Below are positions 48,008 to 58,491 of a stretch of 64,000 nucleotides of DNA, piece after piece. The notes beneath the pieces were generated by a model. The model saw only the letters and a program-made list of their open reading frames with translations. It was not told the DNA's origin and did no database searches. This stretch comes from Acidobacteriota bacterium (GTDB lineage: Bacteria; Acidobacteriota; UBA6911; RPQK01; JAJDTT01). Position 1 is the stretch's first letter. Each line of letters opens with the position of its first letter. The position numbers and the translations under genes were made by a program. The stretch is from NCBI GenBank assembly GCA_965209055.1, contig OZ242374.1, positions 2,048,001-2,112,000 of the forward strand, given 5' to 3'.

Positions 48008-49096
48008 CTAATCATTCCTCCTATTTCCTGCCCGTTGCCTGTTTGCTGCCGGTCCCATTTGTGAGTCTTCGGTAGCCTGTGCCTCCCGAATGCTGGCGAG
48101 TGCATGAGAACTGACGTAACCCGCGTAGCGCATGGTCGTGCTGATCGACGAGTGTCCCATCAGCTTCTGCACCGTCCTCACGTCCACACCCTGCATCAGC
48201 CAATGGCTGCACCGGAATCGTCTCAGGTCATGAAATCCGACCTTCAACCCCACCCGCTCGGCGGCCCGGCGCAATGGCTTGTCCGGATTCACCCATTTCG
48301 TCCCCGTCCGGCTGTTGACGAAGACGTAAGGGATGTTCAGGTAGCGAACCAGCCCGGCCAGATATCCAGCAGCGTACTTCGAGAGCGGAATCTCCCTCGG
48401 CTCGTCGTTCTTGGTGAACTCCACCCATAGCAGCCTCCGGGATAGGTCCACCCGTTTCCAGGTGAGCGACAACGCTTCGCCTTTCCGTATCCCCGTCTCG
48501 CCGATCACCGCAACCATGGCTTGCAGGTAAGGGTTGTCCACCGCCGCGACCAGGTCGCGGAACTGTTGAACCGTCAAGGGCCGGAAGACCTTCTTGGGCT
48601 CCTTCAGTTTGGGGAACCTCACAAGCGGGTGCGTGTCGATTTCCCCGCACTCCAGCGCGTAGGAAAACAGCTTGCTGAGGGCGGCAATGTCGCGGTTCAC
48701 CGTGGCCAGCTGGACCTGCCCCTTACGTTTCGCGACGTAGCGGTGGAGGTCCTTGCGCTGGAACTCCTTCAGGGGAATGTTCCCCAGCATGGCGTTGAGG
48801 CTCTTGAACGAGAGCCTGTACCGGCGCAAAGAGCGCAGACGAGGTTTGCAGTACTCCTCGAAGAAACGCTCGTAGAAGCTCCGGACCGTCCAGACGGTGC
48901 GGTTCCCACCGGCGAGCTCCCGCTTGAGCTGCTTCCAGGTGCCGTCCAGGATGCTGGACTCGATTCGTGTTTGAAGCGCCTGTGCGCTCCGGTAGTTGGG
49001 GGCGTACATTCGGAGCCGACCGGATCCATTCGGCCAGTACTTGCTGACGACGAAACGTCGTCTCCCCCGGCGATCCTTCACCTTGTAGATGCCCAT
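48008..49096 (-). CDS. int: Tyrosine recombinase/phage integrase
   Basis: AGGAGGAG RBS; TGIRKGE, TKN, HDLRR, MGHS, TMRY. Confidence 0.95.
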   Translation of the reverse strand: MGIYKVKDRRGRRRFVVSKYWPNGSGRLRMYAPNYRSAQALQTRIESSILDGTWKQLKRELAGGNRTVWTVRSFYERFFEEYCKPRLRSLRRYRLSFKSLNAMLGNIPLKEFQRKDLHRYVAKRKGQVQLATVNRDIAALSKLFSYALECGEIDTHPLVRFPKLKEPKKVFRPLTVQQFRDLVAAVDNPYLQAMVAVIGETGIRKGEALSLTWKRVDLSRRLLWVEFTKNDEPREIPLSKYAAGYLAGLVRYLNIPYVFVNSRTGTKWVNPDKPLRRAAERVGLKVGFHDLRRFRCSHWLMQGVDVRTVQKLMGHSSISTTMRYAGYVSSHALASIREAQATEDSQMGPAANRQRAGNRRND

Positions 49097-49738
49097 GCAT
49101 CTCCTCCTTTCTGGATCCGGGTTCTTCACCGTGGGGCAAATCGTACCACGGCTCCAGAGAGAACCGGTGAATCTCTCTTCTTTCCCGCAGGAAGTCAGTA
49201 AATTCAGTTCACGGATTCCACCGCCATCTATCCCGCCATCCAGACAGAGGCCGGGGCCGCCAGGACCACCAGGGGCGCGTCTTCCGACTCCGGAGCCGGG
49301 CTGATCTCGCCACCGGGGGGCCATCTTCCAGGGCCGAGCGAGTATCCCGGAAGCGCCTCCGAGTCGCCCAAGTCCACCAAGGCGACAGAGCCGGGCCACT
49401 GGGAGGCGGACCTTCACCCTGACGGATCGGTTCGGCTGGCTCATCGGCGCGCTTCTCCTCCGGGCCTGGGGTTCCAGGGGGACGGTCGAGACCCCCTGGC
49501 TGGCCTCTGCCGGCGACACGCGTCCGCGTGGCCCCGAAGAGTAAGCCTCATTGATACGACAGACGCTCCATATTCGGTCCGGATTCCGTCTTGTTCCCCG
49601 AATTGGGGAAACCTTACTGAGAAGCTGGTCCTCTTTGCCGATGAGCGAGTCGAAGCTCGGCCTGGCCCACGACAAGACAGTCACGGGTCAAGGAGCTACG
49701 GACCACCTTGGTTACATGGAAGATGGTATATTTTCTCA

Positions 49739-50677
49739 ATGTTGAGCAAGGGCAGAGGCTCGCTTGTCGCGCAACTCCAAAGGGAAGTCCTCGACTCCAG
49801 CGTTCCCATTTCAGACATCCTGCGGAAGGCGAAGGTCCTCGCCACCCTGTTGAAAAGCGAGGAGTTCAAGCGTTGGGTTGACGCCGAGCTTAAGGGCTAC
49901 GCTAGCGCTGACGACCTCCCAGACTACCGCAAGTTCCGCCCCGTCAACCTCGGGACATTCGCCGGCTTCAATAAGGTGTTCAGAAACGTCCCGGTTCCCG
50001 TTGCCCTCCTCCCGGACGACATCCGCGAGTTCGCCACGAGAATGGAGATCCGGTACGGGGTCGGAGAAATTGAGGCTTCAGCAATTCAGGCAGAAAACGA
50101 TACGCTCCGGCTCCAGTGGCCTGCTGAGGCGGTAATGCTAGCCCGAGAGCACGTTCCGATGTCGGATGGAAGCGTGCTCGTCGAGGCGTGGCAGCCATTC
50201 TCCCAAAGCGAGTTTGTCGGCATCCTCAACCAGATCCGCAACCACCTTCTCGACTTCCTCCTGGAACTGCAACAGATTAATCCCGATGTGCTGGAATCGG
50301 AGGACGCACTCCGCGCCGTTTCCGGTGAGAAGGTACAGAGCGTCATTCAAACCATCGTCTATGGCAATGAGAATACCGTTGCGACGGGAACGGAGTTCAC
50401 CCAAACCGTCACGCGGAAAGTGGTTTCCGGAGACACGCAATCCCTCATTGACCACCTGCGCAGCGTCGGCCTTGATAGAGACTCGCTTGTTGAGCTTGAA
50501 ACCGCTATTGAGCAAGACGGTGACCGGCAACAGAAACCACTCGGCAAGAATGTGAAGTCCTGGATAGGGAAGATGGTTGTCAAGGCGATGGATGGAACCT
50601 GGAAGGTCGCCATGGCTACAGCCCCAGACCTTCTGAAAGCGGCACTGTCCCAATTTTACGGGGGGATTGAACTCTAA
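49739..50677 (+). CDS. AbiTii-domain protein
   Basis: LQREVLDSSVPISDILRKAKVLA...WVDAELKGY...LPDYR. Confidence 0.82.
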   Translation: MLSKGRGSLVAQLQREVLDSSVPISDILRKAKVLATLLKSEEFKRWVDAELKGYASADDLPDYRKFRPVNLGTFAGFNKVFRNVPVPVALLPDDIREFATRMEIRYGVGEIEASAIQAENDTLRLQWPAEAVMLAREHVPMSDGSVLVEAWQPFSQSEFVGILNQIRNHLLDFLLELQQINPDVLESEDALRAVSGEKVQSVIQTIVYGNENTVATGTEFTQTVTRKVVSGDTQSLIDHLRSVGLDRDSLVELETAIEQDGDRQQKPLGKNVKSWIGKMVVKAMDGTWKVAMATAPDLLKAALSQFYGGIEL

Positions 50678-51278
50678 CAGGGGACACTCCGCCATTTCCT
50701 TCGGGTAGACACAACGCTCTCCCCCAGTTCCCATGATGAACTTTGGATTGCCCACGTGGGGGGAGAACACTCCCAGGTGTCCCGACCATTCGAGCCCGTG
50801 AGCGACCCAGGAATCGACGATCGGTCTGAGGTCGCGTCCTGCCCGACGGGACCAACCCCCTATGGGAGTACCGCTTCTCCGCCCCCCTGACCCCCTCAGA
50901 GCGCCTATGTTGGCCTGACAGATATAGGCTCTTTGACGTCGTCCAGGCTCCGCTAGCGTCTCGCAGTGGAAAGAAACCTCTCTGCACGAGTACAGCCCGT
51001 TCTGTGGCCCAGGAACTCTGGGACTTGGCCGGGAAGTTCCACTTGGTCAATTTGGACGTCCACGAGGCCCTACGCGCCTACTTGAGAGGGAAATCGCGCC
51101 CCGATTTGCCGCGCAGGACTGGACGAGTCTCTTCACTCGCGCAGCGTCTTGGAACCGCTCCGGATCTGGCGGACGCCATCCTAGTCCCTGACTCGGTCAA
51201 GGGATAGACGTTAGAATGTGGCGTTGCGGTCAAGATTATGAATCCGATGGCGATCATGGAAAGGAAGCCCAAGAAGAA

Positions 51279-51611
51279 ATGGAAATTCAATCACCAAGGA
51301 TAGACTTCAGCGAGTTGTTCAAGATCAGCTTCGAGCGTGACAATCATCGTTGCGTTTACTGCTGCCGTGACATGCTAACCGACTTCGATACATTCATGAC
51401 AGCTCGAACCACCCGGCTTATTCCTCCTGCTCAAGGAGGCGGAAGCGACCCCGATAATTTCGTGATCTCCTGCACCCCTTGCCATATTTTGAAGGGGCAA
51501 TTTCTTCCAGAAGGAGAGACACGCACGAAACGCATCGTTTCGGCTCGAAAACACATCATGGAACGCCGAGCTGAGCGAATGGAAGAATTCGCGCTGTGGA
51601 CTCACCCTTGA
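51279..51611 (+). CDS. HNH endonuclease-like protein (degenerate active site)
   Basis: FERDNHRCVYC...GGGSDPDNFVISCTPCH..KG. Confidence 0.75.
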   Translation: MEIQSPRIDFSELFKISFERDNHRCVYCCRDMLTDFDTFMTARTTRLIPPAQGGGSDPDNFVISCTPCHILKGQFLPEGETRTKRIVSARKHIMERRAERMEEFALWTHP

Positions 51612-52045
51612 AGGCCGACCTCGGCGCACCGGAGGATGGCCGGGAAGGGTGCTTAGGGATCGTTTTTTGCCAGTGTGTCAGGGGTTTTCGGGGTCCGGTC
51701 GGAAGCGCCACCGGAAAGAACTCGACGATTCCATTTATCGTGCACTGAACCCCCACCCGCTGTATTCGGTCATCAATCTCCAGGTCCGGTCCCGGAGGAC
51801 CGACCCGTCGCAAGATCCAATCACCGAAACCCTCACTTCGCCGTCGAGGGATCGGTCCCACTCCTCGAAGACCTGTCTCGACAAATTTCTGAAGTGAGAT
51901 CTGCGGCCGTGATCACCAAGCTGACCGCCAGATGCGTCCTGTGGTTTCAAGCGGGGAGGAATGACGACATACTCCCGCCGCCACGAAAAACCGAGTCACC
52001 TGAAGGCTGTAGAATCCGATAACGGCCGTCCGGAAGGAATAGAAC

Positions 52046-52903
52046 ATGCCGCATACTATTCTTGATCTCCGCACTTGGGAGGAGTTCGAGGAAAAGAAAT
52101 TGGAAGATCTCCAAGAGAAAGCAGAGGAGGAGCGCCGCCCAGCCCTTCTGTTTCGCGGTCAAGGACACTCTTGCTGGCCTGTCACAACAACGCTCGAACG
52201 ATCGCTAGATGGACAAGAGATGTCCTTCCTGGGCTACTACGAGTCCATCTATCGGGCAAAACCCAAGATTGAAAGCTATCCCGAACGTCCCTCCTCAAAG
52301 AGTTGGGATGTCCCGCCCCCTAAAAGGTTAGGACACAAGCTTGGGAATCACGAGCCTTTTGCGCGCTTTACGGAGGAAGATTTTAGAACGTGGGGTCTAG
52401 TTTGGACCTACATGGTGCACTTGCGCCATCATGGGTTTCCCTCACCTTTCCTCGATTGGACCCGTTCACCCTATATCGCGGCCTTTTTCGCTTTCCGCCA
52501 GCCGATCAGGGACGTGGAAAAGGTATCCATTTTCGTTTATCGCGAAAAACCAAATCCCACTTATCCCAAGGTTTTCGCTAGTGACCGGCCGGAGATACGC
52601 GTCCTTCCGAAACAGTACGTCCGAACGAATCGAAGGCACTTCCTTCAGCAATGCGAGTACACAATGTGCATGCAAAGAATGTGCATGCAAAATAGGGACT
52701 GCGATTGGTCCTTTGTGCCGCATGAAGGGGTATTCGAGCGTGACGATCCAAATGTAGACATCCTCTGGGAGTTCAACCTCCCCGCGACGGAGCGTCTAAA
52801 GGTTTTGAGGTTGCTTGACAGTTTTAACCTAAATGCATTCTCGCTGTTTGGGTCTGAGGAAAGCCTCATGGAGACGATGGCTTTTCGAGAGCTGGGACAA
52901 TAG
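52046..52903 (+). CDS. FRG domain protein
   Basis: LLFRGQ, HHGFPSPFLDWTRSPYIAAFFA, NAFSLF. Confidence 0.9.
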   Translation: MPHTILDLRTWEEFEEKKLEDLQEKAEEERRPALLFRGQGHSCWPVTTTLERSLDGQEMSFLGYYESIYRAKPKIESYPERPSSKSWDVPPPKRLGHKLGNHEPFARFTEEDFRTWGLVWTYMVHLRHHGFPSPFLDWTRSPYIAAFFAFRQPIRDVEKVSIFVYREKPNPTYPKVFASDRPEIRVLPKQYVRTNRRHFLQQCEYTMCMQRMCMQNRDCDWSFVPHEGVFERDDPNVDILWEFNLPATERLKVLRLLDSFNLNAFSLFGSEESLMETMAFRELGQ

Positions 52904-52980
52904 TTTCCATGAACCTACAGTCCTCGTGGAGGCGGGGGCAACAGATCGAAGCACACGCAGGCCTTGGACGTCTTACTCAA

Positions 52981-55794
52981 TCACTTCCCGGGTTTCGACC
53001 TCTTGCCGCCATGTACAGACGGCTCCGTGCACCATTGATTGCGCAGCAAGTCCAGCGAATTCTCCAAATCCGGATCGAGCTTCAGCACGCTGAACTGGCC
53101 GAAGAGCAGTTCTCTATCCAGGTTCTGGCGCGTGTCGTCGCGATAGGCTTCGTTCGCGGGAAGAAACTTCTTACTCTTGAAGCGAATGAAGATATCTTGG
53201 CAGTGATTCAACTGCTCTTCCGTCAGATCTCGGGGGTCGAGCACCGGAAGGTCGGGAATAGCAGTGATCGTGATTCTCGATCTCCCCGCCTGTTGGCGGG
53301 TTCCCTTCCACCAGTGCATAAGTAGTCCCAATGTTGAGTTGCTCCATAGCAGCAGGGGGATCTCATGCTGCGCATTGTGGGGAATGATGTTCGGCCACGC
53401 TGTGCCACCGAGACACTTCTCCGGCGTGAGGCACATGGCAAGACTCTGGGAATTCAATCGGAAGTCCCTATTGGCGTGCAATCGGGAAGCCGTCCGTAGC
53501 CAGTCTTTAACTGCCTTCCCCTCACATCCCTTTCGTACGTCACCGCAGCAGTCCGGCTGAACATTCAGTTGATGCTCTCTCTTTGCATTGTGTTTCCATA
53601 GCGCGGGATAGGTTGGGATTTCACCGCTGTGGATCGGGCGAATATCGAAGGCACCTCGTGGCGGACCTCCTTTGACGGAAGGCTTGCCGTTGATGTCCAT
53701 GTCGTATAGACCTCGCTCCGCCACGACTTTGAGTGGAACCATGGAGAGCCTTTCCACTCGTGCCCGCCGAGGTAATCGCAGCTTCCCTGCTTGTAGACTC
53801 TGCGCAGCCTCGATAACGCTGGTGAATCGGACGCCAGCAGCCCCTGCATCATGGATGCGGCCCTGAACGGCATTGGCCTTTATGTCTTTCGCGACTAGGG
53901 TGGCTTCCAGCAGGGACGCAGGCCGAGACGTAAAACTGGAGAACATCGTGCAAGGCTTCGTCGAACTCCGCTTGGTCGCCACGACAAGACACTCAGCAAT
54001 GCCCGTATCCGCCGAGAATGCCCTGTCCGTCGATCCCGTCGCGGCAATGGACAAGACATGGATATCGGTGTAGTACCTTTCAAGGCTCTCCCGCGCCCGG
54101 CCCCAGGCCTTGCCTCGGGCCAATGCAAACGGCAGCACCAGCGCCATTACTCCGCCATCCTTCAGCTTACGATGCGCCAAGTCCATGAAGTTCGAGGCGA
54201 GACCTGAATTACCATGGCCAAAATCCGCTTTGACCCTGCTCAGCTTCCTTGACATGGCCTTCTGCTCGTCGGGTGGTGTGTTGAATCCCGCGAAGCTGGG
54301 AACGGGAGTATTGTCCCGGCTCGACCCTGCGTGATTTGTGGGTCGCGTGAACGGTGGATTCATGATTATCAGATCACAAGACTCGCCCTTGACCGAGACC
54401 GAATGCACACTGCTAGTGTCGGACTCCTGTCCACCAATCGATTCGCCGGTGGCGAACAGGGAGTAGACGTGGTTGGCGTCGAGTAGGTCCAGTGAGCCAA
54501 TGTGTGTCGTGCCGCCATCAACGCCGTAGGGCATCGTGTAGATGTTTGTCCTGCCGAATGTCTCTCTCGGGTGGGCACTGGAGAGCATTGAGCAAGTCAG
54601 GTGCGTGGCGGCGGGCATGATGTCCATACCGATCATCGTGCGCTCCATCATGGCGCAGTGCAGATCCAAGTCGTTCCCTCCCGCCCGGCGATACCGGCGG
54701 CAGATGGAGCGCTGCACGGCGGAGAGCAAGGCTCCGGTGCCGCAAGCGAAGTCCGCGATCCTCAAATCCTCGATATCCTCCAGGTTTGACCAGTCCACCG
54801 GCAGGCGTTCCACGGCGAGTTCCGCGAGAAGCGTTGCAGACGGCGGCAGCGTGTAGAAGGTGGCCAGAAACTTGCGGTCAGCAATGAGGGCTTGGAACAT
54901 ACGCCCCGTGAGATCGTGGTAGGTGGTCGCTCCCAGTGAGGCCAGCGAAGCAGCCGTCTCCAGAAGTTGCTCCATCAGGCGCGGCACTAAGGGAGTCTGG
55001 ATCTCCTCAAGCAGCGATGTGGCAATGGAGAAGATCGGCCAGTAATTGACCTTCAGAATCTCCCCCCAGACAAGGATCAACCTGCGTTTGTGCATCCCCG
55101 CGCCCTCAAGTTCGGACATTGGCGGAACACCGTCTTGTCCCTCGATGGAGGCGTGGAACACGAATGCGGAAGTGAGGATCGCAGAGACCATCCGCAAGGT
55201 CTGCTCACCGGAGCTTTGCATGAGCTTTTGGGCGAGGCGCTCCTGCACGTACGCTGTGGAATGCAACGACAGTAGACCAGCGCATGCTTTGACGGTCGCT
55301 TCGAGCATTCGCACCCCTGTTGCAAGCTTCCGCTCCGACAGGGACAGGGCCTCAATGGCATCTGCTAGATCGTCTACTGACCCAGTGAGATATTCTGACT
55401 CCGGCCAGCGGGAATGATGGTCATCAGTGTGCAGGTGGTGCGTGGCGTAGCGCAGCTTGGAGTTCTCTATGGCAGCCAGCGAACCGGTCTTCAGTTCGAC
55501 CGGAAACACGACGGAGAGCGCGCTTTCGATGGTATCCCCGGTGGAATCCAGCTTCCGCCCGAGTCGGCCAATGGCTTCGTTCTCGACCGTCCGAGCGGGA
55601 TAGAACTCAGTCTCGACAGCGACCGGCTGGCGGGATGGCGTATGGATCAAGATATCGATCTGGCCGGAGCCTCCCTGCAACACGCCAGTCCGTTCCGCAT
55701 GGACAGACGTGTCATCCCAGAGCGGGTGGCGTTTCATCAGGGCGCGGGCCAATGCGCCGTTTGCCTGGGGCTCGGTATTTCGGGGTAGGCTCAT
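52981..55794 (-). CDS. Type IIG-like fused restriction endonuclease / N6-adenine methyltransferase
   Basis: N-terminal IDILI...VAVETEF (PD-(D/E)xK-like), FYT, DFACGTG motif I, NPPF motif IV, C-terminal TRD region. Confidence 0.85.
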   Translation of the reverse strand: MSLPRNTEPQANGALARALMKRHPLWDDTSVHAERTGVLQGGSGQIDILIHTPSRQPVAVETEFYPARTVENEAIGRLGRKLDSTGDTIESALSVVFPVELKTGSLAAIENSKLRYATHHLHTDDHHSRWPESEYLTGSVDDLADAIEALSLSERKLATGVRMLEATVKACAGLLSLHSTAYVQERLAQKLMQSSGEQTLRMVSAILTSAFVFHASIEGQDGVPPMSELEGAGMHKRRLILVWGEILKVNYWPIFSIATSLLEEIQTPLVPRLMEQLLETAASLASLGATTYHDLTGRMFQALIADRKFLATFYTLPPSATLLAELAVERLPVDWSNLEDIEDLRIADFACGTGALLSAVQRSICRRYRRAGGNDLDLHCAMMERTMIGMDIMPAATHLTCSMLSSAHPRETFGRTNIYTMPYGVDGGTTHIGSLDLLDANHVYSLFATGESIGGQESDTSSVHSVSVKGESCDLIIMNPPFTRPTNHAGSSRDNTPVPSFAGFNTPPDEQKAMSRKLSRVKADFGHGNSGLASNFMDLAHRKLKDGGVMALVLPFALARGKAWGRARESLERYYTDIHVLSIAATGSTDRAFSADTGIAECLVVATKRSSTKPCTMFSSFTSRPASLLEATLVAKDIKANAVQGRIHDAGAAGVRFTSVIEAAQSLQAGKLRLPRRARVERLSMVPLKVVAERGLYDMDINGKPSVKGGPPRGAFDIRPIHSGEIPTYPALWKHNAKREHQLNVQPDCCGDVRKGCEGKAVKDWLRTASRLHANRDFRLNSQSLAMCLTPEKCLGGTAWPNIIPHNAQHEIPLLLWSNSTLGLLMHWWKGTRQQAGRSRITITAIPDLPVLDPRDLTEEQLNHCQDIFIRFKSKKFLPANEAYRDDTRQNLDRELLFGQFSVLKLDPDLENSLDLLRNQWCTEPSVHGGKRSKPGK

Positions 55795-55973
55795 GAGCGT
55801 CTCCGCGCCACGGGCTCACACGCTTTGCCGCAGCGGGGACAGTCCACGCGGGCTCCTTGGTAGCCGCAGTCCGGACAGTGATAAGAGTTTCGGTTCCGGA
55901 GCCGATCCAGAGCCAGCTTACTGATGGTCTCCATTCGTTCCATGTGGATGTCCGAACTGCTCATACAGTTCAT
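55791..55973 (-). CDS. Small zinc-ribbon protein
   Basis: CPDCG...CPRCG; ATGA overlap with the R-M gene. Confidence 0.55.
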   Translation of the reverse strand: MNCMSSSDIHMERMETISKLALDRLRNRNSYHCPDCGYQGARVDCPRCGKACEPVARRRS

Positions 55974-56897
55974 TCTGCCAGAACGGTCTGCCTAGTCCAG
56001 AATCAGTTCTCGGAGCGGAGCGTTTCTTCTGTGGTCTTTCTCCGGGCCTTCCCGCAGGGAGACTTGGGACGGGAGCGACCCTCCCAGGGGGTGCTGCGCA
56101 AATGTGAATTGCGCAACACTCCCGCGCCCGCACCGGGCAGCAAAAAGGGGGGGTCGCTCCCGTCCACCTCCATTTTCCCCGTGCGGCCATCCGGTGGCCG
56201 GAAATGGGTCCGTAACTGACTGAAAGGAAAAAAGATCGGGGAAAGCGTCTTTGTGAACGACTGGGACCGCTTTTTGTGAATCCACCCCCTTTGTCCCATT
56301 CACATCCCGGATCGGGCGCGAAACCCTCTTTTCGCACTGCCGAAACGAGCCTCCATTGGCCCTTGCGACTGCCAAGTGCGGAACTGTCTCGGCAGACCGT
56401 CCCGTAGGGTTCGCAATACGGCCCACCTACCCCGACCCGATAGTCTCGCCATCCGGCGCAGGCCCGCTCGAAGCTCATGGACGCCTGGATCGGTTCGGGT
56501 GTCCAGGCTCCCGAGATTCCCCGCACCGAGCGCGTCGGATCAATGGATGGAAACGGGTTCCAGCCTTTATGGCCATTGACCTGCACGACAAAATGACGCG
56601 CAAGTCTGCGCCGGTCGTTCGGCAGCCCCTCAACCAAAGGGTGCCCTCACTGCACTGGATCTCGACATATGCTCCTCCTTGGTTTCTGAACCAGCTGTGC
56701 TGGCGGCAAAAAGACATCGCTTTCCGCAAGGTAGCAGATCAGACCAGCCGGTCCAGTTTCATGGAAAACTGCCGCCGGACGTTTCCTCTTTATAGCAGGG
56801 CTGGAATCGGCACCGGTGGGACAAGGGGTCCTGAACCACGCGCCCGTCTCGGTCGGCCGGCGTCCTCCAGATCCGGTCCGGCGAGGGGAACGATTGT

Positions 56898-56984
56898 GCC
56901 CGGGTGGCGAAATCGGCAGACGCGCAGGACTTAAAATCCTGTGGAGGGTCACCTTCCGTGTGGGTTCGACTCCCACCCCGGGCA
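56898..56984 (+). tRNA. tRNA-Leu(UAA)
   Basis: GCCCGGG/CCCGGGC acceptor, CAGGA-CTTAAAA-TCCTG anticodon arm, long variable arm, GGTTCGACTCC; CCA not encoded. Confidence 0.96.
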
Positions 56985-57156
56985 CTCCCCATGACCGCCG
57001 GAACCGGAAACGTAACCACGGAGGATCGCCTGATCTCCCCCAAGATTCTGGAGCACCACAGACAGACTCACACCCGCTTCAGTTGTCCTACCTTCATGGG
57101 AAACTGGGAGCGTGACGCAGGATCACAATCTCGCCTCCAGTCCAAAGGACCACCCG

Positions 57157-57924
57157 ATGAGTGACAACAAAGCCCTTGATCTGCTCGGAATAAAGGGACT
57201 TAGCGATTCCATGAAAATCACCACGCAGGGTTTCATAGACGGGGCAGCTGCCTTTTTGTCTCGCCTGTGTCTTCCCGCTGCGGAAGAGTTTGGTCTGGCG
57301 CTCCGTGATCGCATCTCCGCATGGCGAGCAAGAAACGCTGTCCGAATGCTCAACAAGGCAAATAAGCGCTATCTGTCGAATGATCCGAATCCGGCAGACG
57401 CATTGAGCCCGCGCCTGGTGCATCTTGCCATTGAAGAGGCGTCTTGGATCGACGACGAACAGATCCAAGATATGTGGGCAGGCCTATTGGCGTCAGCGAC
57501 ATCGATAGAAGGCCGCTCTGACGAAAATTTGATTTTAATGAACCTCTTGAAACAGCTCTCATCGCTTGAGGTCAAGATGTTGCGGATTGCGGTCGAGAAA
57601 GCACACAAGCATGTTGCCCAGCACGGCTTGATTATGCCTGATCGTATGATTATTCCCACCAACAAGCTAAGAGATGTCTTCGGCGTTCAGGACCTGCAGC
57701 GCATTGATCGTGAGCTTGACCATCTCCGCGAACTTGGTCTAATTGGCTGGAGTTGGGGTGGGGGAATAGACGTCGGTGGTAGTTACACTGACCTGACTCC
57801 ATCACCGTTAGCGATGCACCTGTACGTTCGGGCACAGGGTTCTCGTCTGTCGCCGGCGACGTATTGGGATCTACCACCATCAACAGCGGAAGGCACTCTG
57901 GATGGGGCAACGTCTTCCGGGTGA
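57157..57924 (+). CDS. Abi-alpha (DUF4393) family protein
   Basis: EEASWIDDEQIQDMWAGLLASA...LLKQLSSLE...LRELGLI. Confidence 0.78.
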   Translation: MSDNKALDLLGIKGLSDSMKITTQGFIDGAAAFLSRLCLPAAEEFGLALRDRISAWRARNAVRMLNKANKRYLSNDPNPADALSPRLVHLAIEEASWIDDEQIQDMWAGLLASATSIEGRSDENLILMNLLKQLSSLEVKMLRIAVEKAHKHVAQHGLIMPDRMIIPTNKLRDVFGVQDLQRIDRELDHLRELGLIGWSWGGGIDVGGSYTDLTPSPLAMHLYVRAQGSRLSPATYWDLPPSTAEGTLDGATSSG

Positions 57925-58146
57925 ACCTAATCGGAACAGCAATCTGGGGCGTGGATTGGAATACGAAAAAGTAGATGCCGGTTTGTCCGGTTGGGCGGAT
58001 CGGAGATGAGGAAAGGGCGGTGACTGTCCTTCACCGAAGTCCGATCTGGCCCTCCATTTTTTTCGGCCCATTCCCGACAGTGCACGGCCAACATCTGCCG
58101 TTCATTTCGCAATTTTCTTGGGGTCTTTTTACAGCATCCAGTCTTG

Positions 58147-58266
58147 CTAATTCAGGCACAGAAGATAGATGTAGGCGTCCCGTTCGGCCAGCGCCGTCAC
58201 GTGGACGCTGATCGATCCCACGTAGTCGCTGACGACAATCGAAATGGATGGAAGACGGTCCTTCAT
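58147..58266 (-). pseudogene. Relic of a phage DUF1376/YdaU-like gene
   Basis: MKDRLPSISIVVSDYVGSISVHVTALAERDAYIYLLCLN* resembles the E-x-GAY-x-x-LL-C motif; stop falls where W is usual. Confidence 0.45.
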
Positions 58267-58491
58267 GGGTCGCGTTCAGCATTGGCAATTGGTCAACAGA
58301 CTGAATTCACAATGTTTCCGAGCAGCGGAACGGAATGGAGAAAGGAAACACGGAAGCGCGAAATCCGATGCCTGTTTGTTGCCTGTTCAGCACGCTAAAC
58401 ATAGGGAGTCAACCACTTTACCGATTCGGCGAAGAACCCGGTAATCCGTTGAAAACGTTAACCTTCGTTAGTTTTTGACTTTGGGGCAGTC

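Noticed and set aside
49097-49684. Long N-terminal extension of the integrase ORF
   Set aside because: Low-complexity sequence; a strong RBS precedes ATG 49096
50830-52022. Open frames around the HNH gene (51004-51207, 51649-52022)
   Set aside because: Possibly decayed genes, but no family could be recognised
52664-52693. Tandem ATGTGCATGCAAA duplication (MCMQR/MCMQN) in the FRG gene
   Set aside because: In-frame 15-bp micro-duplication with no evidence of function
55975-56890. 239-aa and other ORFs, or an ncRNA, upstream of tRNA-Leu
   Set aside because: No motif support; an RBS-ATG at ~56670 on the minus strand stops after 12 codons; no structure could be verified
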